Below are positions 20,080-30,471 of a stretch of DNA of 60,718 nucleotides, one piece after another. Position numbers and translations under genes: made by a program. Source of the DNA: Nitrospiraceae bacterium (GTDB taxonomy: Bacteria > Nitrospirota > Nitrospiria > Nitrospirales > Nitrospiraceae); NCBI GenBank assembly GCA_037442105.1, contig JBBIQV010000014.1, positions 1-60,718 on the forward strand. The letters run 5' to 3'. How positions within the stretch are numbered: the first letter of the stretch is position 1; every line of letters starts with the position of its first letter. The notes beneath the pieces were generated by a model. That model saw nothing but the letters and a program-made list of their open reading frames with translations, had not been told where the DNA came from and did not search any database.

Positions 20080-20613
20080 CTACGGTTTCTTTTGTTCCGA
20101 GGGCGCCGGCTCCTCCTGCTTTTCCACTTTCAGGAGAGTGACGTCGAAGGTGAGGTTCTTGCCGGCGAGGGGATGGTTCAGATCCAACACGACAGTCTCC
20201 TCATTGACGGCCAACACTCTGGCAGGCTGGCCGTCGGCTGATTGGAGCATCATACCGGGCTTGATGTCGGGCGGCACACGACTCTTCTCCACCGTGATAC
20301 GCTTCTTCTGATTATAAGGTCCGTAACCTTCGACCGCCGGCACTTCGACTCGCTTGCGCTGGCCTGCCTTCATACCGGCCAACGCTTTTTCCAAACCCGG
20401 CACGATCTGTCCCGCCCCCTGGATGTAGGAGACCGGCGCCTTCCCGACATTCGAATCGGCCACCGTGTTATCGGGAAGCGTGAGCGTATATTCGATCGTG
20501 ACTTTGAGGCCGTCCGCGACGGGAAGATCGTTCTCCGCCAGCGCGACTCCCGTCCCCAGTTGCCCGATGACCATCGCCGCAATTCCCACAAGTCGAAGAC
20601 CGATCAGTGCCAT
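20080..20613 (-). CDS. Exported FKBP-type (SlyD-like) peptidyl-prolyl isomerase
   Basis: Signal peptide; GQIVPGLEKAL, DLNHPLAGKNLTFDV. Confidence 0.9.
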   Translation of the reverse strand: MALIGLRLVGIAAMVIGQLGTGVALAENDLPVADGLKVTIEYTLTLPDNTVADSNVGKAPVSYIQGAGQIVPGLEKALAGMKAGQRKRVEVPAVEGYGPYNQKKRITVEKSRVPPDIKPGMMLQSADGQPARVLAVNEETVVLDLNHPLAGKNLTFDVTLLKVEKQEEPAPSEQKKP

Positions 20614-20622
20614 GGGTTCTCC

Positions 20623-21972
20623 TCAAGGCCGTTGTGCCGATGGCCTAGCCGGCCTCCAGCCCCCGGCGCCATGTGCATGTCCATGCTCACGCCGTCTCGG
20701 TCCCTCGTGCATAGCCGGTACTCGATGCCGCGATACATGCCCATGTGGATGCCGGCGAGGGCGCGGGTTTTCCCGCTCTTCATGCGCGGCAACCGGCATC
20801 GCCATCAGCTCCGGCAGTTGCAACCGCCTCGTCTGAATTCGCAGCCGCCTGACCATGTGCAAGTACTCATGCTCCTCCTGCGGGGACAGGATTAAGAGCG
20901 TGGTCCCGCTTTTCTCGGCCCGTCCCGTTCGCCCCGTCCGGTGCACGTAGGAGTCCTGGCTCGCGGGCAGTTCATAGTGGATCACCTGCGCCACGGCCGG
21001 GATATCCAGGCCGCGCGCCGCCACATCTGTCGCCACGAGCGATTGTAGCCGGCCGGACCGGAACGCCGTCAAGGTGCGCTCGCGCTGGGCCTGCGAGTGG
21101 TTGCCGGTAATCGCACCGACCGACGCCGGCTCGCCGCCGAGCCGCGCCGCCAACCGCTTCACCTTGTACTTCTGATCGCAGAAGACCATGGACCGCTCGC
21201 CGGACGCCACGCCACGCAGCAACGTGTGCACGAGCTGAACACGCGAGGTTTCGGTCGGCACCACGTAATAAGCGTGGGTGATGGTCGTGGGAGTTGTGAC
21301 CCCGCGATCCACGGCTGCCCGCACCGGCTGATTGAGCATGGTTTCCGCGAGAGCTTGGATGTCCGGCGAAAACGTCGCAGAGAACAGCAACGTCTGCCGT
21401 TGCTTCGGCAGCAGGTCGAGGATGCGCCGGATGTCCCGCAAAAATCCCCGATCCAGCATCTGGTCAGCTTCATCCATCACGAGATACCGCACGCCCTGCA
21501 AGTTCAGGTGGCGCGTGCCCACGAGATCGAGCAGACGACCCGGCGTCCCAACCACGACGACGGGCGGCCGACGCAAGGCGCGGTAATGGCGTTCAATGGG
21601 TGTGCCGCCATACACGGCAAGCGACGTGAGCGCCGGAGGTGCGTACTTCCGCAGCTCGGTTTCAATTTGCAGCGCAAGTTCGCGCGTGGGCGCCAGAATC
21701 AATGCTTGCGGGCCGCTGCTCGACGGAGACGTCGTGCGAGCGGCATCGCCTCCAGCGGTCGCCGGCGGCATGGGCCGCATTGCGCGCTCGATCAGCGGAA
21801 TCAGAAACGCCAAGGTCTTGCCGCTACCGGTCTTGGCCTGGGCCAGCACGTCGCGACCTTCGATCGCCGGCGGAATGGCCGCCGCTTGAACCGGCGTCGG
21901 AGTTGTAAACCCAGCCTGTTGCACACGCTGGGCAAGAAACGGGGACAGAGATAATTCACTAAACGTCGTCAT
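20623..21972 (-). CDS. DEAD/DEAH-box RNA helicase
   Basis: Q motif, AKTGSGKT, PTRELA, TPGR, DEAD, SAT, ARGLD, HRTGRTGR. Confidence 0.95.
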   Translation of the reverse strand: MTTFSELSLSPFLAQRVQQAGFTTPTPVQAAAIPPAIEGRDVLAQAKTGSGKTLAFLIPLIERAMRPMPPATAGGDAARTTSPSSSGPQALILAPTRELALQIETELRKYAPPALTSLAVYGGTPIERHYRALRRPPVVVVGTPGRLLDLVGTRHLNLQGVRYLVMDEADQMLDRGFLRDIRRILDLLPKQRQTLLFSATFSPDIQALAETMLNQPVRAAVDRGVTTPTTITHAYYVVPTETSRVQLVHTLLRGVASGERSMVFCDQKYKVKRLAARLGGEPASVGAITGNHSQAQRERTLTAFRSGRLQSLVATDVAARGLDIPAVAQVIHYELPASQDSYVHRTGRTGRAEKSGTTLLILSPQEEHEYLHMVRRLRIQTRRLQLPELMAMPVAAHEERENPRPRRHPHGHVSRHRVPAMHEGPRRREHGHAHGAGGWRPARPSAQRP

Positions 21973-22071
21973 GAAACTCCTATTCTTCTTCTCTTCCTCG
22001 GAACACAGGGCTGGCTAAGAAGGCAGACCTGAAGAGCTGGGGAGAGGATCGATGATATGAGGGAACAGCGA

Positions 22072-22097
22072 GGGGGCCGCCACAGTAGGCGGCCCCC
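22072..22097. other. GC-rich stem-loop between the RRM and helicase genes
   Basis: GGGGGCCGCC-acagta-GGCGGCCCCC perfect 10-bp stem. There is no clear U-tract, so a terminator or mRNA-stabiliser role is uncertain. Confidence 0.5.
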
Positions 22098-22123
22098 GGT
22101 CAGTACATTCGAACTGGACCGGA

Positions 22124-22429
22124 CTAGCGCCGGCCACCACCAAATCCGCCACGGCCTCCGCCTCCACCACCGGAGCGGGGCTCCTGGGGACGGGCCTCGT
22201 TGACGGTCAGGGTGCGTCCACCGAATTGGGTGCCGTTCAGCGCGGTGATCGCCGCCTGGGCTTCGGAGTCCGAGGACATCTCGACAAAGCCGAAGCCTCG
22301 CGACTGTCCCGTGAACTTGTCCGTGATAATCCGCGCCGACGCCACCGCCCCGTGCGCAGCGAACAAATCGTTCAACTGCTGCTCGGTTGTAGAATACGGC
22401 AACCCACCAACATAAATCTTCGAACCCAT
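22124..22429 (-). CDS. RRM RNA-binding protein with Gly-rich tail
   Basis: KIYVGGL (RNP2) and RGFGFVEM (RNP1). Confidence 0.95.
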   Translation of the reverse strand: MGSKIYVGGLPYSTTEQQLNDLFAAHGAVASARIITDKFTGQSRGFGFVEMSSDSEAQAAITALNGTQFGGRTLTVNEARPQEPRSGGGGGGRGGFGGGRR

Positions 22430-22686
22430 CGGGTTCCTCCTTTGAGAAAATGGTGTTGTCTTGGACTCGAGAACGAAACGAGGAAGGGATGGCCCGAAGA
22501 CGCAAACACAGCGGCGACTTAGGTCTGGCTTCCGATCAAATTCCCGGGCACGACCAAAACAACATCGATTCAGGCCTTGTCACTCTCTCAGCCTCACCAC
22601 CAGGCCCATCGCAATGAAGCAGCCCCATGCTAACGCACAGCCCCCCGCAAACGCAAGAGAGAAATCTGTTTCGGAGCTTCTACCTC

Positions 22687-23031
22687 CTACTTTGGCTGGC
22701 GCTGCTTGATCTGAAGAATTTCCTGCTGAAGGCGATCCCGCTGAGCCCGCTCTTGCTTGAGCCGTTTCCATCGATCCCAGGTCCACCAGCGGAGTTTCTG
22801 TGCGAAGGAAACCGTCGGGGGAGGAACGCTGCCGGAAGGCGCGTGCTGAAACTCATAGCCCTGATGAGTATCTTTGTTTTCGTAGTACCGTTTGTAGAGA
22901 TGATCGTACGGACCGCGCTCGGAATCGCCCATGACTCTTCTCCACCAACTTGCGCCGGCCTCGCCGCCCGCGATGGGCAGCCTTGGCACACGGTAGGAGG
23001 CATGGTACCCTGTCGGCGCAAATGTCTGCAA
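22687..23031 (-). CDS. Hypothetical protein (start uncertain)
   Basis: ORF filling the gap with natural-looking composition (YKRYYENKDTHQGYEF...WWTWDRWKR); no family recognised. Confidence 0.4.
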   Translation of the reverse strand: MQTFAPTGYHASYRVPRLPIAGGEAGASWWRRVMGDSERGPYDHLYKRYYENKDTHQGYEFQHAPSGSVPPPTVSFAQKLRWWTWDRWKRLKQERAQRDRLQQEILQIKQRQPK

Positions 23032-24554
23032 TGGGTATGTGGCCTTCGAGTCGCGCGGTTTTGATCGGGACCTTCGCCGGCTGGTGCGTGACCATGATGG
23101 CAGCGGGGCTTCCCGCGGCCGGCGTGGCAGAAGATCGGCAGGAACTGGTCGGGGCTCTGGCCGGTATTTCCGGCGAGCGCATGCTTGCCGATGTCGCCAG
23201 GCTCAGCAGCGCCGAGTTCAACGGGCGGCAGACGGGCACTGAGAACGATCTCCGCACAGCGCAATTCGTGGCTGAACGATTCGTTTCTCTCGGTCTGTTT
23301 CTGGCCGATGTCCCCTTCGATCGCTTTCGAGGCGATGTGGCCACGGGGCTTATGACGAGGCCCGTCACGGCCACCACCGTTGCCCCCAATGCGTCTCTTC
23401 GGTTGTCCACGACCGGAAATGCCGCACCCGCCCGCCTCGGTTCGGATTTTTTGCCGATCCTCGATTCGCCATCCGCCGATGTGTATGCGCCGATCGTGTT
23501 CGTCGGTTACGGCATCTCCGATCCTGCTCAGGGATTCGACGAGTACGCGAACCTCGATGTCGACAATTCGATCGTATTGTTTCTTCGAGGCAAGCCGGAC
23601 CATTACCCGAAACCGATGAGCCACGCCGAGAAGGAACGGATCGCGCGCGAGAAAGGCGCGGCGGCCTACCTCACGGCGACGGGACCGGTCTTGAACGCCT
23701 ATGAAGCACGGCGGGGCATCACCGGAAAGCCGAGCGCGTTCTACGCGCACCCACAGGCCCTCCCGGGAGCCTGGATCAGCACCGAACTGGCCGAGCAGAT
23801 TCTTTCGCGCGGCGACGAGAAGCAGCGCGACCGGCTACGAGACATGCAGGAACAACTCAACCGCTCCTCCACCCCGCAATCGGTCAACACCACCATCTAT
23901 GGCCGTCTACAGTGGGAAAGCCGGGAGGAGACCGGCGTCTTAGTGAATGTGCTCGCCGGCATTCCCGGCAGCGATCCAGACCGGCGAGCGGAAACGGTGA
24001 TCGTGGGCGCCCACCGCGATCACTTCGGGACACAGGCGGGGCTCCTCTTTGCCGGCGCCGACGACAACGCCTCGGGCACCGCCGTGTTGCTGGAAGTCGC
24101 GCGGGCGTTGGCTCAAACCGGCCTGAAACCCAAACGATCCATCCTTTTCATCTCCTTCAGCGGCGAAGAACAGGGCCTGCTCGGGTCCCGGATGTATGTC
24201 GAACGAGCCGTGGCTCCGCTCGGATCGACCAAGGCCATGATCAATGTGGATCATGCCGGCATCGGGAACGGCCGGCTCACGGTGGGCGTGACAGGCCTGG
24301 AGAAGCCGGTGGCTGCGGAAGCCGGTCATGCGGCGGGGCTGGCCGATAAGATCGACCTCTTTGGATTTTTCCCCGGCGGTGACCATGTGCCGTTCAAGGA
24401 AGCCGGAGTGCCGACGGTCACGGTCGTCAGTTCCGGCCACCATCCGGACTTCCACCAGCCCACCGACACCGCGGATAGGGTGCAGCCGGCCATTCTTGAA
24501 GCCGCTGCGCGTTACGTGACCGCTCTGGTCTGGACGTTGGCGAATCCCCCATGA
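23022..24554 (+). CDS. M28-family aminopeptidase with PA domain
   Basis: GAHRDH, GADDNASG, GEEQGLLGS, DH...FHQPTD. Confidence 0.9.
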   Translation: MSAMGMWPSSRAVLIGTFAGWCVTMMAAGLPAAGVAEDRQELVGALAGISGERMLADVARLSSAEFNGRQTGTENDLRTAQFVAERFVSLGLFLADVPFDRFRGDVATGLMTRPVTATTVAPNASLRLSTTGNAAPARLGSDFLPILDSPSADVYAPIVFVGYGISDPAQGFDEYANLDVDNSIVLFLRGKPDHYPKPMSHAEKERIAREKGAAAYLTATGPVLNAYEARRGITGKPSAFYAHPQALPGAWISTELAEQILSRGDEKQRDRLRDMQEQLNRSSTPQSVNTTIYGRLQWESREETGVLVNVLAGIPGSDPDRRAETVIVGAHRDHFGTQAGLLFAGADDNASGTAVLLEVARALAQTGLKPKRSILFISFSGEEQGLLGSRMYVERAVAPLGSTKAMINVDHAGIGNGRLTVGVTGLEKPVAAEAGHAAGLADKIDLFGFFPGGDHVPFKEAGVPTVTVVSSGHHPDFHQPTDTADRVQPAILEAAARYVTALVWTLANPP

Positions 24555-25171
24555 AGACAACTATCGCCGGGCTTCCGGCCAACCTCTTCCATTCGGTGCT
24601 TGTCTCCTGCCTCTTGCTGGTTCTTGGCAGTTCCGCGTCCTGCGGGATTCGCCCGCATCTCATTGTTCGCCAGACGGATTCAATACTGGTTGCCCTCCAC
24701 GAGTTACCGGCCGGGTACCCGTCGTTAGGGTCCCATAACCAACCCTATACGCTCCCCCCTAAAGCGGTATTGCACATACTAGATTCACTTGATTACCGTG
24801 AGGGCTCGTTTCTGCCGTTTGCTTGGGGACAACCACGCAGGGTGTTTACCAGACACCAAGCGGAAATGTTGGCTCCTGAACTATCGAAAGCCTTGAGCCT
24901 GGCTCTGCCGCAGGAGGTGGTTATCTTCAGCGTCGTCGATGAAGAAAACCCGGACCGGCACACGAAAGGGCTGAGTTTCGTGCTCGGCGACGAGTTGCAC
25001 CTGATCATTGAAGAGTTGCGGCAGCCGTCATATCAGGGAGAGCAGAAGACGTACCAACAGCAGACGCATCGGTGGGAGCTGATCCCAGGCCACAGGCAGC
25101 GGTTGTTTACCAGCCGTCCCGGAGGCAAAGGGGTGGCACCGAATTGGGTCATTGCTCCCCTCACGCAATAA
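24551..25171 (+). CDS. Hypothetical (lipo)protein
   Basis: ATGA-coupled to the peptidase gene; hydrophobic N-terminus ending ASC. Confidence 0.6.
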   Translation: MKTTIAGLPANLFHSVLVSCLLLVLGSSASCGIRPHLIVRQTDSILVALHELPAGYPSLGSHNQPYTLPPKAVLHILDSLDYREGSFLPFAWGQPRRVFTRHQAEMLAPELSKALSLALPQEVVIFSVVDEENPDRHTKGLSFVLGDELHLIIEELRQPSYQGEQKTYQQQTHRWELIPGHRQRLFTSRPGGKGVAPNWVIAPLTQ

Positions 25172-25172
25172 C

Positions 25173-26480
25173 ATGAAATCCTGTCGGCCGGCACACCAGA
25201 GCGGCAGCGCATTGACTCCCAGGACGCGCACATCGCCCGCGCTCGTGCTGCTGATCTTCACGCTCTGCACGGTCTTCCCAAGCTCGCTCTACGCACAAAC
25301 ATCGAACTCTTCTTCGGGAAACCAGAACGAGGATCAGATCGAGCAACTGAGATCAAAGCTGCACCAGATTGAGAAACAGTACCAGAAGGAGTTGTCCGAA
25401 CTGCAAGAACGCCTCGGCCTGGTAGAGAAACGACAGAGCACGATATCGGATGAGCTTGTCCAGCATGTCAAGGCGGGCGCCTATGGCGTCGTGTCGTTTG
25501 AAGATTTTCGCGATCGAAAAACGACCTTCGACGGCAAGCTCGAATTGCTGATCTCAGGACAATTCCATGACCGCATCCGGTTCTACAATGAAATCGAACT
25601 CGGCGTCCCGGGCGGAACCGCGCTGGTGGAACAGGGGTACGTGGATCTCCTCCTGACTCAGTTGTTCAACCTCCGCGCCGGAGTCCTCCTGATTCCGTTC
25701 GGCAAGTTCAACCTCGATCACTTCGACCCGCGCCGCGACCTCACGGACCGTCCGGTCGTCGCGCGCCGCATCACTCCCACCACCTGGTCCGATCTCGGCG
25801 TGGGGGCGTTCGGTCTGGTTCCCCTCACTGAAAACCTCAAGGCCACCTATGAAATCCAGGTCATCAACGGCCTGACGGACAAATTTACGGCCGCGGCCGG
25901 TACGGCTCCGGATGTCGGCCTGCGCGATGCGCGAACATTTTTGAGGACGGACAACAACGGCGACAAGGCGGTCGTCGGGCGCGGCACGATCAAACTTTTC
26001 GATCAATATGAAATCGGCGTCAGCGGCTATCGCGGGGCATACAAGGCCAATTCCAATGACGTGATCACCGGCACAGCCCTTGACGCGGAATTCAAACCCC
26101 GGGGCGTCACGTTTTGGGAGGACTTCGAATTCAAAGGCGAATATGCTCGCTTTAACATCGAAGGGTCCTCGGCTCCTTCAAGCCTGTGGGGCTATTATGC
26201 CCAAATCAATTATCACTTCTGGCCGTCACTGTTGAACTCGACCGTCCTGGGAAGACACTTCAGCAGTCCGACCTTCACGCTCGTGGGCCGGTACGGATAT
26301 GCCAGGATCAGCACCCTCGCGACAAGCGCCGGCAAACTGACCGAAAACACGACCGTCGTCGGCCTCAACTATCGCCCCGTCCAAGATTACGTCATCAAAG
26401 CGGAATACCAATTCAACTCCGGTCAACTCGAACGGAAATCTTCGGACGGATTTCTGGCCTCCGTCGCGTGGATTTTCTGA
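25173..26480 (+). CDS. Outer-membrane porin-like beta-barrel (OprO/P-like)
   Basis: Signal peptide, coiled-coil N-region, alternating beta-strands, terminal aromatic residue (SVAWIF). Confidence 0.75.
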   Translation: MKSCRPAHQSGSALTPRTRTSPALVLLIFTLCTVFPSSLYAQTSNSSSGNQNEDQIEQLRSKLHQIEKQYQKELSELQERLGLVEKRQSTISDELVQHVKAGAYGVVSFEDFRDRKTTFDGKLELLISGQFHDRIRFYNEIELGVPGGTALVEQGYVDLLLTQLFNLRAGVLLIPFGKFNLDHFDPRRDLTDRPVVARRITPTTWSDLGVGAFGLVPLTENLKATYEIQVINGLTDKFTAAAGTAPDVGLRDARTFLRTDNNGDKAVVGRGTIKLFDQYEIGVSGYRGAYKANSNDVITGTALDAEFKPRGVTFWEDFEFKGEYARFNIEGSSAPSSLWGYYAQINYHFWPSLLNSTVLGRHFSSPTFTLVGRYGYARISTLATSAGKLTENTTVVGLNYRPVQDYVIKAEYQFNSGQLERKSSDGFLASVAWIF

Positions 26481-26491
26481 AGACGCACGCC

Positions 26492-26947
26492 ATGAGCGCC
26501 CCGCCTCACACAAGAACGCGTTGGCCGTGGGCGCTCGTGATCGCGTTCGCCCTCTCGTTTCTCTCTGCCGTCGTCCACGCCGAGCCCATCGCCGTCATCG
26601 TCAACAAGAAGAACCCCGCACAGCAACTGACGGTAGGGCAGGTCGCCGCCATCTATCGGGGAGAGGACTTGCACTGGCCCAACGGGGAACGGATCAAGAT
26701 CGTCAACAGAGAAATCACCGCGGGGATCAGGGCGGAATTCTACCGCCAGGTGCTGAACGCCAAGCCTGATCAACCCTACTATCACCCCAACACGCCGGTC
26801 CCCATCCAGAATCTCATCGAGCGATCGGATGAAGGTGTGATGCGCTTCGTCGGGACCATCGAAGGCGCGATCGGATACGTGAGAGCGTCTAAGCTCAACG
26901 ACGGGGATCCTACCGTCAAGGTGATTTTGATCATCGACAGCCGATAA
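26492..26947 (+). CDS. Small PstS-like substrate-binding protein
   Basis: IAVIVNKKNP..LT..QV..IY.G...W...V.FVG...GAIGYV. Confidence 0.75.
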   Translation: MSAPPHTRTRWPWALVIAFALSFLSAVVHAEPIAVIVNKKNPAQQLTVGQVAAIYRGEDLHWPNGERIKIVNREITAGIRAEFYRQVLNAKPDQPYYHPNTPVPIQNLIERSDEGVMRFVGTIEGAIGYVRASKLNDGDPTVKVILIIDSR

Positions 26948-26957
26948 CGACGGGAAC

Positions 26958-29549
26958 ATGAAATATTCGTTGAACCAGAAGTTACTGGCCCTGTTCTTCG
27001 GCATCTTTTCCCTCGCCACCGGCGCGTTGACATACTTTGCCTACACCTCGAGCCGGAACGCCATGCTGCAGGAATTTCATATCCGTGGCCGGACATTGGC
27101 CAAGGCGATCGCATCGGAATCGCGTCTCTACTATCAGCGAGCGGATGTGGAGGGGTTTACAACGTTGCTCCAATCGTTGGGCGAAACGCAAGACGTCGTC
27201 GCGGTGTTGTCCTATCGCGAATCACGCGAGCTCTGGGTAGAGGCGTCGATTATTGATCTGTCCGGGAACGATCTCAGGCTCCCTGATGCGCTCGGTGAAC
27301 GGGAGCAGAACATCACCCTGGCAAAAGAAAGGCGGGTCACTGAATTCATAAGCCCTGTGCTCGGCACACTCTTTCTTCAAGAGACAGGTCCGGCCCGCCC
27401 ACTGTGGGGATGGATCAGAGTGTTGGTGGATCGCCAACCGCTGGTAACGCGGCTGGATGGCTTGCTATCCAGGACGCTGCTCGTCGGCGGCGCCATCGTC
27501 GCTACCGGGGCGATCTTCTTCGCCTTTCTGCTCCGCCGGTCTCTCCGCGTGATCGGACCGTTGACGGAAGCGACAAGACAGGTCGCCCAGGGGAATTTAC
27601 ATGTCTCGGTTCCCATTGCGAGCACCGATGAACTGGGCGAGTTGGCGGCCTGCTTCAACAGCATGACCGAGCAGTTACTGAATACCACCGTGTCCAAAAA
27701 CTACGTGGACAACATCATTCGTTCCATGATCGATACTCTGATCGTCTTCAATCCGGATTGCACCATCCGAAGCGTCAACCACGCCGCCTTACTGCTCCTC
27801 GGATACGAGGAGCATGAGTTGTTGGGACGACATGTCGCCATCCTCTTTCCGTCGAAGGAAGGATTTCTCTGTGGGAATACGTACGAAGCGCTCTTACACA
27901 AGGGCGTGATCGATCATGGCGAAACGATGTACCGGACGAAGGACGGCCGAACTATCCCGATGCTCTTTTCCGCCGCCGTGATGTGGAACGAGGACGGCGG
28001 CGTCCAGGGAATCGCCTGTGTCGCCAAAGATATGACCGAGCTCAAGCAGGCGGAGGAACAACTCCGGCTGCACGGTGCCGCGCTCGCATCCGCGGCGAAC
28101 GCGGTCGTGATTACGGACCGGAGAGGGCGCGTCACCTGGGTCAATCCCTCCTTCACCACGTTGACGGGATATGCTTCGGAAGAAGTCATCGGCCGGGACA
28201 TGCGCATTCTGAAATCAGGTCGCCACGATCAGCCGTTTTATCAGACGCTTTGGGAAACGATCCTGAGCGGGAAGGTGTGGCACGGTGAAATCATCAATCG
28301 AAGGAAGGATGGAAGCCTGTATACCGAGGAGGAGACCATCACCCCGGTGCACGACCGGAACGGGGTCATCAGCCACTTCATCGGTATCAAGCAGGACATC
28401 ACCGTGCGCAAGCAAATCGAGGAAGCACTGGTGGCAAGTGAAGAGTACAACCGGACGCTGTTCGATCTCTCGCCCATCGGGTTGGCCCTCTTCGACATGA
28501 CTGGAACCATCGTGGATTGCAACGAGGCCTATGCAGCGATCGTGGGGTTGACCCGCAACGAAGCGTTGGGCACAACGTACTGGGAGCTGACGCCGAAAGA
28601 ATATGACGAACAGGCCTACAACATCATGGAAGTTCTGACGAAGACGGGATGTTTCCGGAATTATGAGAAACACTACATTCATCGTGACGGTCATTTGGTG
28701 CCGGTGCGACTGTTCGGCAGGCTGATTGAGCGAGACAACGTGCTCTATATCTGGTGCAGCGTGGAAGACATCACGGACCGCCGCCAAGCCGATGAGGCGC
28801 TACAGGCAGCACTCCAGAAACTCACGGAATTGAATGAGGCGAGATCGCAATTTTTTGCCGACATCAGCCATGAGCTTCGGACACCGTTGACCGTGATTCG
28901 CGGCGAAGCCGAAGTGACTCTCCGGGGAAAGGATAAGCCCGTTGCCGAATATAAGACGGCTCTGGAACGGATCGTCCAATTGACCAACCAGGTCAACAAA
29001 CTGGTCGGGGACCTGTTGTTCTTATCACGATCCGAGTCGGGCACCATTGAGATCGACAAGCACCCCGTCCCGCTTCTCGACATCCTGCAGGAGGTGCACC
29101 AGGAAGCGCACGTGCTGGCGGAGAGAAAGCACATCACCGTGACTCTCCACACCCGGAGCAACACGCTCATCGTGAACGGAGATCCGCAGCGTCTTCGACA
29201 ACTGTTTATGACCATTGTCGACAACGCGGTGCATTATACGAGACCCGGCGGGAGCATCGAGGTGGATCTCGATCGTGAGGGAGATTACGCCGGAGTGGTC
29301 GTTGCCGATAACGGCATCGGGATACCGGAAGCGGAACTCCCGCGTGTTTTTCAGCGGTTCTATCGGGTGAAACGGGCGCACCATCACATGCACATGGTCC
29401 ACAGCGGGTCCGGTCTGGGGCTGCCGATCGCCAAGTGGATCGCCGAGACGCACGATGGGAACATCTCCATCGCGAGCGTTCCCGATCAGGGAACTGTGGT
29501 CACCATAAGACTCCCCCTTTACAGGCCCCCGACAACCGAGGCACTCTGA
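26958..29549 (+). CDS. Membrane sensor histidine kinase (HAMP, three PAS, HisKA, HATPase)
   Basis: Two TM segments, DELGELA HAMP, PAS/PAC repeats, SHELRTPL, DNAVHY, DNGIGI, GSGLGL. Confidence 0.95.
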   Translation: MKYSLNQKLLALFFGIFSLATGALTYFAYTSSRNAMLQEFHIRGRTLAKAIASESRLYYQRADVEGFTTLLQSLGETQDVVAVLSYRESRELWVEASIIDLSGNDLRLPDALGEREQNITLAKERRVTEFISPVLGTLFLQETGPARPLWGWIRVLVDRQPLVTRLDGLLSRTLLVGGAIVATGAIFFAFLLRRSLRVIGPLTEATRQVAQGNLHVSVPIASTDELGELAACFNSMTEQLLNTTVSKNYVDNIIRSMIDTLIVFNPDCTIRSVNHAALLLLGYEEHELLGRHVAILFPSKEGFLCGNTYEALLHKGVIDHGETMYRTKDGRTIPMLFSAAVMWNEDGGVQGIACVAKDMTELKQAEEQLRLHGAALASAANAVVITDRRGRVTWVNPSFTTLTGYASEEVIGRDMRILKSGRHDQPFYQTLWETILSGKVWHGEIINRRKDGSLYTEEETITPVHDRNGVISHFIGIKQDITVRKQIEEALVASEEYNRTLFDLSPIGLALFDMTGTIVDCNEAYAAIVGLTRNEALGTTYWELTPKEYDEQAYNIMEVLTKTGCFRNYEKHYIHRDGHLVPVRLFGRLIERDNVLYIWCSVEDITDRRQADEALQAALQKLTELNEARSQFFADISHELRTPLTVIRGEAEVTLRGKDKPVAEYKTALERIVQLTNQVNKLVGDLLFLSRSESGTIEIDKHPVPLLDILQEVHQEAHVLAERKHITVTLHTRSNTLIVNGDPQRLRQLFMTIVDNAVHYTRPGGSIEVDLDREGDYAGVVVADNGIGIPEAELPRVFQRFYRVKRAHHHMHMVHSGSGLGLPIAKWIAETHDGNISIASVPDQGTVVTIRLPLYRPPTTEAL

Positions 29550-29652
29550 TGAAAGAGAACCGGTTTTCTCACACTGGGATGGACCTTTCGTTTACGACGC
29601 CTGATTGTATCCGTCTAAATAAGCGGCACCGTGCTTCTGAGGATGCACCAGT

Positions 29653-30333
29653 ATGCGGATCTTAGTAGTTGAAGACGACGAGCGGATTTCAAGTTTCGTG
29701 AAACGCGGCCTTGAGGCCGAAGGCTACCTGGTCGATATCGTCCAAGACGGCCAGGAAGGGATTCAGAAGGGCATGGACCCCTATGACGCGATCATCCTCG
29801 ACCTTCTGCTTCCCGGAAAAACCGGCCACGATGTCTGCCAAGCTCTGCGCCATGAGCAAATCCAAACCCCGATCTTGATCCTGACGGCGAAGGACGCGCT
29901 TCAAGACAAAATCCGTGGCTTCGACTATGGAGCGGACGATTATCTCACTAAGCCCTTTGCCTTCGAGGAGCTGCTCGCCCGCATCAAGGCTCTGCTCCGG
30001 CGTAAGTCGTACAAGGAGTCGCCTGCAGAGCTGAAGGTGGCCGATCTCACGCTGAATCGTGACTCCCGCGAGGTTCGCCGCGGGACCAAGGTCATGGCCT
30101 TGACCCGGAAGGAATTCGACCTGCTGGAATTCTTGATGTCCAATCCCAACAAAGCGTTAAGCCGCGTGTCTCTTCTCGAACATGTCTGGGGATATCATTA
30201 CGACACGCTGACCAATGTCGTCGATGTCTACATCGGGTATCTTCGGAAAAAAGTCGACGGCGGCTCTAAGAAAAAGCTGATTCAGACCGTGCGGGATTTC
30301 GGATACAAGATCTCCGAACACCAATCCTCCTGA
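29653..30333 (+). CDS. OmpR/PhoB-family response regulator
   Basis: REC domain plus winged helix (LTRKEFDLLEFL, VDVYIGYLRKK, IQTVRDFGY). Confidence 0.95.
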   Translation: MRILVVEDDERISSFVKRGLEAEGYLVDIVQDGQEGIQKGMDPYDAIILDLLLPGKTGHDVCQALRHEQIQTPILILTAKDALQDKIRGFDYGADDYLTKPFAFEELLARIKALLRRKSYKESPAELKVADLTLNRDSREVRRGTKVMALTRKEFDLLEFLMSNPNKALSRVSLLEHVWGYHYDTLTNVVDVYIGYLRKKVDGGSKKKLIQTVRDFGYKISEHQSS

Positions 30334-30377
30334 CCCCCATCTCCATCGGGCCCCTTCTCGCGCCTGTTTTATCCCAT

Positions 30378-30416
30378 TTCTTAACAACTTCTCATGTCGT
30401 TCTCATTCGGCTCTTA
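30378..30416 (+). promoter_or_regulatory. Four 11-bp-periodic direct repeats, candidate OmpR/PhoB-family operator
   Basis: TTCTTA (30378), TTCTCA (30389), TTCTCA (30400), CTCTTA (30411), upstream of the PilZ-glycosyltransferase operon. Confidence 0.65.
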
Positions 30417-30471
30417 CCTTTTTCGTTTAGGCTAGCCGCCTATCAGTTTTCGGAAAACACGGTCCGACGTC

